Assembly (NCBI GenBank): GCA_050015075.1 | Contig: JBEKCB010000003.1 | Coordinates: 128,001 to 192,000 of the forward strand | DNA: 64,000 bases | Source of the DNA: Candidatus Brocadiia bacterium | GTDB lineage: Bacteria; Planctomycetota; Brocadiia; CAIUPP01 | Direction of reading: 5' to 3' | In this document: piece by piece, positions 18,840-27,016 of the stretch | How positions within the stretch are numbered: the first letter of the stretch is position 1 | Layout of the letters: each line of letters starts with the position of its first letter | Notes under the pieces: generated by a model | Told to the model about the DNA's origin: nothing | Seen by the model: the letters and a program-made list of their open reading frames with translations, nothing else | Database searches by the model: none | Program-made: the position numbers and the translations under genes

Positions 18840-19250
18840 TCACAGATCATCCGTCTCGTAATGCCGCCGCAGGACTTCTTCGACGATGTGGCGCAGCGCG
18901 GAGATGTCGAAAGGTTTTGCGATGAACGAATCGAAGTGCGCCGCCAGCGCCTCGGACATCAACTCGCGCGACGCGTCGGCCGACATCAGGATGCTCGGCA
19001 CGCGTACGGAAATCTCCCGCCGGATCATGCTCACCGTATCGAGCCCGCTCATGTCGGGCATATTCATGTCCACGATCATCACGTGGATGAAGTGGCTTCG
19101 CACGACCTCGATCGCCTCGCGGCCGCACGAGGCCAGGCACAACTCGTATCCCTGCACGGCGAGCGCTTCGCGCACGGTCTCTCGGCATCCCGCGTCGTCG
19201 TCCGAGACGAGGACCCTGTACGGCCGTACAAACAACTCGCGCGCCACCAT
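18840..19250 (-). CDS. Single-domain response regulator (receiver)
   Basis: VLVSDDD, IVDMNMPDMSG, LMSA, AKPF. Confidence 0.88.
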   Translation of the reverse strand: MVARELFVRPYRVLVSDDDAGCRETVREALAVQGYELCLASCGREAIEVVRSHFIHVMIVDMNMPDMSGLDTVSMIRREISVRVPSILMSADASRELMSEALAAHFDSFIAKPFDISALRHIVEEVLRRHYETDDL

Positions 19251-19645
19251 GTGCGGCTCCTTCTCCTCAGGCTGCTGCGATAATCCGTGATTCCACGTCA
19301 GCAAACTATATACCGCTGCGCACAGGACTGGAGTAAAGTCCATCGAACTGAACGTGTGCTAATCGGAGTGTCATAACCTGCGTCATTACTGTCAGTTGTG
19401 ATATGCCATTCTGAAGGTTTGCACAAGGCGGGCAATTCCTCCGCCCGCTTTTCGCTGGCAGGATGGCAGTTAATGACTGCCACATTGACAGGCCGGCTCG
19501 GAGCGACTCATGCGAAGATTCGCAGCGGACGGCTCGCCGGCACGTTGCCGAACGGCCGGCAGCGTCACGCTACTTCGCGGTTTTTTTATTGACACTGTTG
19601 GAATAGTCTTTATGATAGTGATGGTGGAATTGCAGGCTTTGCTGC

Positions 19646-20455
19646 ATGGAGGAGTGCATGCGCCGGGAAACGCTGGCGGTCGGCCTCGCGCAGATGCCGC
19701 AGACGGCCGACCTGGGACGCAACCTCCGCGAGATCGCGCGGTTCGTGGAGGCGGCGCGGCGAGCCCGCGTCGCCCTGCTCGTCTTCCCGGAATGTGCGCT
19801 CACCGGTTACGCGCCGGCGTTCCACAAGTCCTCGGCCGGTTTCGATCCGGATGCCGTCGAGGCGGCCCTCGAGGAAGTGCGCGGCCTGGCGCGGAAGTCG
19901 CGCCTGACCGTGGTCCTCGGCACGCACCTGCCGCTCGACCGGGGCTGGTCGAACAGCGCGCTGCTCATCGGCCCCGACGGCCGCATCGCGGCGCGCTACG
20001 ACAAGGCGCACCTCTACGGGCTGGACGCGGAATATTACCTGGCCGGACGCGCGCCGCCCGCGGTGAAGGCCGCCTGCGGTACCACGGTCGGCATGCAGAT
20101 CTGCTACGACCTGCGGTTCCCCGAAGTCTCCCGCTGGCTGGCGCTGCGGCGGGCCGAAGTGATCATCGTCATCTCGTACCTCTTCGGCAGAAAACAGATG
20201 TGGAAGCGGCCCATCATCGAGGCCCACATCCGCAGCCGGGCGGCCGAAAACGGCCGGTTCGTCCTCTTCGCCAACGCGGCCGGCCCGCAGCAGAACGTCC
20301 CCAGCACGATCGCCGACCCGCGCGGCTGGATCACCGCGCAGGCCCGGCGGAGCGTCCGGCAACTGCTGCTGGCGCGGCTGGACCTGAGCTGCGTCCAGGA
20401 CGACATACTGCGCAGCCGCAGGACCGACCTGTTCGAGGCGGAGGGCCCGCAGTGA
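19646..20455 (+). CDS. Carbon-nitrogen hydrolase (nitrilase family)
   Basis: FPECALTGY, YDKAHL, ICYDLRFPE (E-K-C triad). Confidence 0.92.
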   Translation: MEECMRRETLAVGLAQMPQTADLGRNLREIARFVEAARRARVALLVFPECALTGYAPAFHKSSAGFDPDAVEAALEEVRGLARKSRLTVVLGTHLPLDRGWSNSALLIGPDGRIAARYDKAHLYGLDAEYYLAGRAPPAVKAACGTTVGMQICYDLRFPEVSRWLALRRAEVIIVISYLFGRKQMWKRPIIEAHIRSRAAENGRFVLFANAAGPQQNVPSTIADPRGWITAQARRSVRQLLLARLDLSCVQDDILRSRRTDLFEAEGPQ

Positions 20456-21003
20456 ACGAGACCGCCCGGAAACGGCTGCTCCAGATCGCGCGGCAGAGCG
20501 TGGCCGCGGCCATCGAAGGAAAGCCTCTCCCGAAGCTCGATGAAGCCGACCCCGAACTCCAGGGCAAGCAGGGCTGTTTCGTCACGCTCAAGAACGGCGA
20601 GAACCTCCGCGGCTGCCTGGGCCACTTCACCAGCGCCAAGCCGCTCTGGAAGCTCGTCAATGAGACCGCGCGCGCCTCGGCCACCGAGGACCCGCGCTTC
20701 TGGTCCTACCCGATTACGCCGGACGAGCTGGACCGGCTGAACATCGAGATCAGCGTCCTCAGCCCGCTCCAGCGTATCGCGAATCCGCTCGCCATCGAAC
20801 TGGGTGTGGACGGCATCTACATTCGCCGGGGCGCCGCGGCCGGGTGCTTCCTGCCGCAAGTCGCCATGGAGACCGGCTGGAGCAAGGAGGAGTTCCTCAG
20901 CCATTGCTGCAGCCACAAGGCCGGCTTGTCCGCCGACGCGTGGCGCGATCCGGACACCGAAGTGCTGACCTTCCGCGCAGAGGTTTTCGGAGAGACCGAG
21001 TAA
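20452..21003 (+). CDS. AMMECR1 domain protein (AmmeMemoRadiSam protein A-like)
   Basis: GCFVTLK..LRGCLG, DPRF, IEISVLSP, FLPQVA, KAG; GTG start overlaps the upstream stop. Confidence 0.92.
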   Translation: MNETARKRLLQIARQSVAAAIEGKPLPKLDEADPELQGKQGCFVTLKNGENLRGCLGHFTSAKPLWKLVNETARASATEDPRFWSYPITPDELDRLNIEISVLSPLQRIANPLAIELGVDGIYIRRGAAAGCFLPQVAMETGWSKEEFLSHCCSHKAGLSADAWRDPDTEVLTFRAEVFGETE

Positions 21004-21045
21004 GAGACGCGTTCAACTTGTAGAATGCTAAAGGAGAGTCGCCGG

Positions 21046-21369
21046 ATGGCCATTCACGTGCATGAGGACGAGTTCTTGAAGAAGCAGCCCGGCGGCGGGC
21101 AGTTGATCGGCGCCGAGCAGGGCGCGACGAAGGGCTTCTGCATCGGCGTCGCATTTTACGACCAGGAAGTTTACGGCACGCCCGGCGTGCACGACGACCA
21201 GGAAGGTTTCTACGTCCTCGCCGGCCAAGGCACTGCGAAGGTCGGCGACGAGGAATTCGAGATCCGCCCCGGCACCGCCTACATCGCCCAGAAAGGCGTC
21301 CCGCATTCCGTCAAGAAGCGGCCCGGCTCCAAGCCGGTGAAACTGCTCTGGAGCCATGGGGCGGTTTGA
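21046..21369 (+). CDS. Cupin domain protein
   Basis: HDDQEGFYVLAGQG...PG......GVPH. Confidence 0.85.
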   Translation: MAIHVHEDEFLKKQPGGGQLIGAEQGATKGFCIGVAFYDQEVYGTPGVHDDQEGFYVLAGQGTAKVGDEEFEIRPGTAYIAQKGVPHSVKKRPGSKPVKLLWSHGAV

Positions 21370-21419
21370 TGGAGGGCGCAGCGGCGAGACTCCCGCGCGA
21401 TCGCGCCAGTGCTTTGAGT

Positions 21420-21788
21420 CTATCCCCGGGAAACTGTGCTGATTTCGCTCGCGTTCGCCCCGGCAAGAAGAACCATCCCGGTTCGTGCGGCCTGCGCCAG
21501 CAGCGACGCGCCGCTGTTGAATTCCTCCGGGGTCATCAGGATGACATCCAGCGGCACCTGGTATCGGCGGATGGTCGCACGTTCCGGCCCGGCGATCAAC
21601 CGGGCGCGTTCAAAGATGTCCTTGTCGCGGAAGTCGTCGGAGACTACCAGCACGTCCACATCGCTCTCCTCGCTCGCCGCGCCGCGAGCGTGCGAGCCGA
21701 AGAGAATAAGTTGCGAGATTCGGACTGCCTGCTGAGTCAGGCGTTCGCCGAAAAACCGAACCGCTTCTATCGCTGCGTTTTGATCCAT
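21420..21788 (-). CDS. Minimal nucleotidyltransferase (MNT antitoxin)
   Basis: LFGSHARG...SDVDVLVVS. Confidence 0.9.
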   Translation of the reverse strand: MDQNAAIEAVRFFGERLTQQAVRISQLILFGSHARGAASEESDVDVLVVSDDFRDKDIFERARLIAGPERATIRRYQVPLDVILMTPEEFNSGASLLAQAARTGMVLLAGANASEISTVSRG

Positions 21789-22147
21789 GATAATACCTCT
21801 CGGCTCTTGGCCAGCATATCGCGGACTGCCGCTCCGGAATAGTCCGCCAGAATTTTCTGGAGATCATCGGGATAACGAGTCGGAACGCTCACGTCATTCA
21901 GTGTCGTCAGGAACTGATCCACGCCTGCCGGCGCCTGCACTCCGATTTTCTCCATCAGGTACAAAAGATTGTGCGTCTTCGGAGGCGCCGCCTGAAGTTT
22001 TGCCTGCCATAAACCCTTAAGTGCCTTCTCTACAGCTAGGTGCGTCATGAAGACCGCATAGAAATACCTTTCGCCTTTCAGCATGTATTCAGCCGTCTCG
22101 AGGTCATAATCAGCCTGCGCGAACCATTGGTCTGCGAGTTTATCCAT
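21767..22147 (-). CDS. HEPN domain protein (type VII TA partner)
   Basis: W..QA.YDL..A, AVEKALK, PPKTHNL, TRYPD; overlaps MNT. Confidence 0.9.
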   Translation of the reverse strand: MDKLADQWFAQADYDLETAEYMLKGERYFYAVFMTHLAVEKALKGLWQAKLQAAPPKTHNLLYLMEKIGVQAPAGVDQFLTTLNDVSVPTRYPDDLQKILADYSGAAVRDMLAKSREVLSWIKTQR

Positions 22148-22203
22148 GGCCTCATCTTTCTATCAGCGCCACATTATATCATGATCAGCCATGCAAGCAG
22201 CTA

Positions 22204-23394
22204 TCACCGTTGCAGTGTTCCCGCGCGGACGTAGAGCTTGCCGGGCATCTGGACGGCCAGGCGCTTCAGCTCGAGGACCATGAGGGTGCTGCCGACGTTC
22301 GCCGCGGAGAGGTGCGATTCCCGGGTGATCTCGTCAATGTCCCGGGGCGTGGAGTCGAGCAGATCGTAGACGGCGCGCTCGACCTCGTTGAGCATCAGGG
22401 CACGCGGATCGGGGATCGGCCGCTCGTCCTCGCGGACCTTCAGCGGCTGCGTCAGCGGGCCGAACTCCTCGATGATGTCGTCCACGGTCTCGACGAGCTT
22501 GGCGCCGTCGCGGATCAGCCGGTGCGGGCCGCGCGTCTGCGGACGGCCGATGTCGCCGGGGACGGCGAAGACCTCCTTGCCCATTTCTCCCGCCAGCCGC
22601 GCGGTGATGAGCGCGCCGCTGTTCCGGGCGGCCTCGACCACGAGGATCCCGAGCGAGAGCGCGGCGATGATCCGGTTGCGCGGCGGGAAGTTCGCGGCGG
22701 TGGGCGGCGAGCCGAGCGGCAGTTCGCTGACCAGCGCGCCGCTGCGGGCGACGCGATCGGCCAGGTCGCGGTTCTCCGGCGGATAAACCCGGTCCAGCCC
22801 GCATCCGAGCACCGCGATCGTGCGCCCGCGCCCCTTGAGCGCGCCCTCGTGCGCCGCGGCGTCCACGCCCTGCGCCAGGCCGCTGACGACCGTGAACTCC
22901 GCCTGCGCCAGCTCGAACGCCAACCGCTCGGCGTGCATCCGGCCATAGAGTGACGCGCGCCGCGAGCCGACCACGCCGATGGCCAGCGCGTCGCGATCGA
23001 GAAATTCGCCCTTCACGTACAGCAGCAGCGGCAGCCCGTCCTGGTCGCGGAGCGAACCGGGGAATTCCGGCGCGTTGAACGGCAGGATGCGGATGCCGAG
23101 ATCGCCGGCCTTCTTCAGTTCCTCTTTCGGATCGTACTGTGCGTCGCGCCCGCGGAGCGCGCGGATGGTCTCGCGCTTGAGGCCCAGTCCGCCGAGTTCC
23201 TCGCGGCCGGCCTCCCGCGCGCGCGGCCACGAGCCGAAGTGGTGGAGCAGCCGGCGCAGGGTCGTCGGGCCCAATCCGCGGACGGCCATCGCTTCGAGAA
23301 GATCCTCCACGGCGACCTCAGGCAGCGGCTCGGCGCGGCCATAGGCCTCCGGCGTCCGGCTCGGGTCACCCACGTTCACATCCTTTGTGCACAA
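22204..23394 (-). CDS. dprA: DNA-processing protein DprA (start uncertain)
   Basis: VVGSRRAS.YG, VSGLAQGVD, FPPRNRIIA, SGALITA, LIRDGA, C-terminal winged helix. Confidence 0.95.
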   Translation of the reverse strand: MCTKDVNVGDPSRTPEAYGRAEPLPEVAVEDLLEAMAVRGLGPTTLRRLLHHFGSWPRAREAGREELGGLGLKRETIRALRGRDAQYDPKEELKKAGDLGIRILPFNAPEFPGSLRDQDGLPLLLYVKGEFLDRDALAIGVVGSRRASLYGRMHAERLAFELAQAEFTVVSGLAQGVDAAAHEGALKGRGRTIAVLGCGLDRVYPPENRDLADRVARSGALVSELPLGSPPTAANFPPRNRIIAALSLGILVVEAARNSGALITARLAGEMGKEVFAVPGDIGRPQTRGPHRLIRDGAKLVETVDDIIEEFGPLTQPLKVREDERPIPDPRALMLNEVERAVYDLLDSTPRDIDEITRESHLSAANVGSTLMVLELKRLAVQMPGKLYVRAGTLQR

Positions 23395-23397
23395 AGG

Positions 23398-24300
23398 TCA
23401 ACGACTCGGCGCGCGGATCCTCGTCGTCGGCTCGGCCGGCGGGGCGAACGGCATTCGCAGCCTGACGAGCGTGTCCGGCGAATCCGGCGGCAGCAGGTCC
23501 AGCGCGCCGCCGTGCGCGGCGGCGATCAGCCGCGCGAAGATCGCCGGCTCGGCGCGGCTGCGGACGAGGGCCTGCTCGCGCGGAATGGCGACGCCGATGC
23601 AGATCAACTCCACCTGGAATCCGCCGCGCGGAACATCGGGCCCGAGCCGCAGCGCCAGGGTGCCTGCCGTGCCGGCGTTCGGCTCTTGCCGCGGCGGCCA
23701 CGTTTCCAGGAGATGCACGAGCAGTCCGGAGAGCGCGCGATACCACTGCTGCCGGTCCACGACGGCGGTGTCCGGCTCGAGTTCGATCTCGACGGAGAGA
23801 TGGATTCCGCGGGCATCCGCCGACGCCTGCGCCGCTTCCGCGGCGGCGTTGACGATTTCCGCCAGGTGCGCGCGCGCCGGGTGCAACTGGAGCGCGGAAA
23901 ACGACTCAGGCAGGATGTCCGTCGGATCGCCGGGCGCCGCCAGGGCCCGCTGCTCGGCGAGCCGCATGAGTTGATCCAATCGCCGCGCGGAGGGGATTTC
24001 GCGGCCGAAGACGAAGCTGTTCGCGCCGATGGTCACGATATCGCCCCGAACGATCCGGCGTTCACTGACCAGGACGGTGTTGACGAAGGTGCCGTTCGAG
24101 CTGCCCGAATCCACGATGATGGCGCCGTCGCCGTCGGGCAGCAGCCGCGCATGGAGGCGCGAGGCGCGGTCGTCATGGAGCACCACCTCGCGCTCTTCGT
24201 CGCGGCCGAGGGTCACCGGGCTGTCGGCCAGCACGAACGTCCGGCCGGCGTCGGGGCCCTGGAAGATGGTGAAGAGCCGCTCAGGCATTTTGGCCAGCAT
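23398..24300 (-). CDS. FHA domain protein with degenerate HATPase-like C-terminus
   Basis: LGR..SRLHA..SSNGTFVN FHA motif; C-terminal VDRQQWYRALSGLL...LIAAAHGG.L resembles an eroded kinase ATPase fold. Confidence 0.75.
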   Translation of the reverse strand: MLAKMPERLFTIFQGPDAGRTFVLADSPVTLGRDEEREVVLHDDRASRLHARLLPDGDGAIIVDSGSSNGTFVNTVLVSERRIVRGDIVTIGANSFVFGREIPSARRLDQLMRLAEQRALAAPGDPTDILPESFSALQLHPARAHLAEIVNAAAEAAQASADARGIHLSVEIELEPDTAVVDRQQWYRALSGLLVHLLETWPPRQEPNAGTAGTLALRLGPDVPRGGFQVELICIGVAIPREQALVRSRAEPAIFARLIAAAHGGALDLLPPDSPDTLVRLRMPFAPPAEPTTRIRAPSR

Positions 24301-24347
24301 CCCTCACAAGCGCTGATCGTCCGCAGTTGGAGGTCAGGCGGCGGGCG

Positions 24348-24833
24348 TCAGATGATGACGCCGTTGATCGTGCCGTCGAAGACCATGTGGTCCTTGACGA
24401 AGCCCTGGCAATCGAACGAGCAGATGCGCGCTTTCATGTCGCCGCGCACTTTCGCGACCATGATGAGGCGGTCGCCCGGCAGCACCTGGCCGCGGAACCG
24501 CACGGCGTCGAGGCCGGCGAAGCCCAGGAAGCGGCCCTTCGTGTCGGGATTCGCGCCGCGGCCGTAGAAATAGCTGCACGACTGGGCGGCGCATTCGCAG
24601 ATGAGCACGCCGGGCATGATCGGCCGGCCGGGGATGTGGCCGCGGACCCAGAAGTCCTGCATCGAGGCGTCGCGGAAGGCGACGACGTAGCCGCCGGGCA
24701 GGTCGTATTTGATGATGCCCGAGAGCATCTCCATCTCGAAGCGCTGCTGGTTGAACTTCCGGATGCCCTCGATGTCGTCCTCGACGCAGTTCAGGTCCAT
24801 CAGGCTGAAGTCCACGAGCGGTTTGGGCGGCAT
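24348..24833 (-). CDS. 3-hydroxyacyl-ACP dehydratase (FabZ/FabA family)
   Basis: FWVRGHIPGRPIMPGVLICE..AQ, VRFRGQVLPGD. Confidence 0.88.
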   Translation of the reverse strand: MPPKPLVDFSLMDLNCVEDDIEGIRKFNQQRFEMEMLSGIIKYDLPGGYVVAFRDASMQDFWVRGHIPGRPIMPGVLICECAAQSCSYFYGRGANPDTKGRFLGFAGLDAVRFRGQVLPGDRLIMVAKVRGDMKARICSFDCQGFVKDHMVFDGTINGVII

Positions 24834-24848
24834 GCTGGTCCTTTCCGA

Positions 24849-25937
24849 TCACAAGTGAACGAGGAATTCCGTGGAGCCGATGCGGATGACATCTCCGGCT
24901 TTCAGCGGAGCGCGCCGGACGGCGACGCCGTTCAGGAACACTCCGTTTCCGCTTTTCAAGTCCTCGATGACGACATCGCCCTCGTGCCGCCAGATGCAGG
25001 CGTGAGAGCGGGAGACCTCTTCATCGCGGAGGTGGATTTTCGACTTTTTGCCGCGCCCGATGGTGATGCGCTTGCCGAGGAACGTGAAAGTCTTTCCGGC
25101 CAGCGGGCCGTTGCGGGCGGTGATGCGGCACTTCCAGGCGCCGGGGGCCATCGTGTCGCGAGGTTCATCGCGGTCCGAGCGCTGCGATTCGGCTTCGAGC
25201 AAACGGACCCAGTCCGCCGAAGCAGGCTCGCTCGGCGCGGGGACCGGTCGCGCGGCGGGGCGCGCGGGCGCGCGACGCGCGGCTTTCGGCTCCGGCGCAG
25301 CGTTGCCGGCCCGGTACAACAGGACCACGCCGCCGACCTTCAATGTCGCCCCGTCGGCCAGGATGAAGCGCCCCGGCGGGTCCGCCGCCAGTTGGATCGC
25401 CTGCACGCCGGCCGGGACGGCGGTGATCTGGACCCGAAAATCGCAAATCCCCTGTTCCGCGACGCGGACGTCCGCCTCGGGCGCGCGCCCGATCAGGATC
25501 GGCATCCTGGTGACCGGCAGTTCCAGGGCGCCGGTCGGACTCTGCCCGAGGAGCCAGCCGGCCGCGCGGCCGCCGGCGCGCTTCAGCGGCATGCCATCCA
25601 CCAGGTAAATGTAGAGGCTGCGGCCGATGCGGATCACGTCGCCGGGAGCGAGCGGCCGCGCCCTCACCCGGCGCTCGTTCACCCACGTGCCGTTGAGGCT
25701 GTTCAGGTCGGCGATGGTCAGCCGCCGGCCCTGAAACGAGACCGCTGCGTGCCGCTTGCTGGCAAGCGTGTCGCCCAGGAATATCTGGTTTCCGGGATCG
25801 CGCCCGATGATCAGCGGCTCGCCGGCGATGGGGAAAACGGCTGCGACGCAGCCCGCGTCGAGGCGCGCCAGGCGCGCTCCGGCGTGGCTCCGCTCGCGCG
25901 AAACGTTCCGCGGGCTGTGTTCATCGTGGCTTTGCAT
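24849..25937 (-). CDS. Multi-FHA domain protein (two intact, one degenerate)
   Basis: IGR..SKRHA..SLNGTWVN; IGRAPEAD (degenerate); IGR..SRSHA..SGNGVFLN. Confidence 0.85.
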   Translation of the reverse strand: MQSHDEHSPRNVSRERSHAGARLARLDAGCVAAVFPIAGEPLIIGRDPGNQIFLGDTLASKRHAAVSFQGRRLTIADLNSLNGTWVNERRVRARPLAPGDVIRIGRSLYIYLVDGMPLKRAGGRAAGWLLGQSPTGALELPVTRMPILIGRAPEADVRVAEQGICDFRVQITAVPAGVQAIQLAADPPGRFILADGATLKVGGVVLLYRAGNAAPEPKAARRAPARPAARPVPAPSEPASADWVRLLEAESQRSDRDEPRDTMAPGAWKCRITARNGPLAGKTFTFLGKRITIGRGKKSKIHLRDEEVSRSHACIWRHEGDVVIEDLKSGNGVFLNGVAVRRAPLKAGDVIRIGSTEFLVHL

Positions 25938-26011
25938 CAGACCGCCATCCCCTCCGCTGCGCTCGAAGGAAAGCATATCAGCCTCGGCTCGGTCCTGCAA
26001 GAGGCGGGCCG

Positions 26012-26725
26012 TCAGGGCTTCTCCGCGACGGCGACAAAGTTGACCGGGTAGAGCGATTTCACCCCGAACCATCCGTCCGCGAGCAGCGCCAGCCGGATGA
26101 AGAGCCGGTTCATCCCAAGCCCCGCGCGGAAGGCCGGCCGGACCGGCCAGAGCAGCGCGAGCGCGGCGGTCGAGGGCGCATAGGCCAGGAAGCAGACCAG
26201 CCCGCCGACCGGCTCGACGGAGACGAGGCGCAGCCCGGCTTTTTCGACGAGATGCCGCAGTCCGTGGCCGGTGAACCGCCAGTAGTCGTGCGGCTCGTTG
26301 TGGAGCCAGGCCAGGTGCGGCACGGAGAGGATGGCCTTGCCGCCGGGCTTGAGCATGCGCGCGATCTCGCGCAGCGCCAGTTCCGGCTCGGGCAGGTGAT
26401 GCAGGACCTGCGCGCAGAAAACCGAATCGTATTGCGCTGCCGGCAGGCCGGTCCGCTGCAGGTCGGCGAGGTGATCGAGCCGTTCGGCCGGGCCGGCGAT
26501 GTCGAGGCTCTCATAGGAGGCGCAGAACTCCTCGAGCATGCGCCGGTACGCCAGCCGGCCGGCGCCGGCATCGAGGAGACGGCCGCGCGCATGCCGCTCC
26601 GCCGCGGCGCGCAGGGCGCGATACAGCGAAAGGTTCGTCGTCGCCAGTTCGAAGTAATCGCGGCTTCCGGCGGTGGCGTCGGAGATGCGGCGGCTGTTTT
26701 CCTTGACGCAGGACTGTAGGCCCAT
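26012..26725 (-). CDS. Class I SAM-dependent methyltransferase
   Basis: LLDAGAG, QVLHHLPEP, LKPGG, H.EPHDYWRFT. Confidence 0.9.
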   Translation of the reverse strand: MGLQSCVKENSRRISDATAGSRDYFELATTNLSLYRALRAAAERHARGRLLDAGAGRLAYRRMLEEFCASYESLDIAGPAERLDHLADLQRTGLPAAQYDSVFCAQVLHHLPEPELALREIARMLKPGGKAILSVPHLAWLHNEPHDYWRFTGHGLRHLVEKAGLRLVSVEPVGGLVCFLAYAPSTAALALLWPVRPAFRAGLGMNRLFIRLALLADGWFGVKSLYPVNFVAVAEKP

Positions 26726-26803
26726 GGCCGTTCCGTTGCCGTGTTCGCTGGAACTCCTGAGCCACAACATAGCCGGTTGAGCGCGCCAGTTCAAGCGGCG
26801 GCG

Positions 26804-26878
26804 GTGAAAAGTGAAAAGCTCAAAATGGAAAGCGGAAAACGCAGCATTCCACGCTCTGCGCCTTCGACTTTCACTTTG
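26804..26878. repeat. Degenerate 7-mer tandem repeats arranged as inverted arms
   Basis: gtgaaaa gtgaaaa gctcaaa atggaaa gcggaaa ... ttcgactttcactttg. Confidence 0.55.
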
Positions 26879-27016
26879 CCTCGTGCATCCGCCGTCGAGT
26901 ATTTTGCTCTGCCGTGGAGAGGATGCTAACATGTAGGGCTACTGAGGCCCGTCGCCGGGCCGATTTTTCGCGCGGGCTGGAAAGCTCCCGGCGGACACCA
27001 ATAAGGAGGGACTTCA

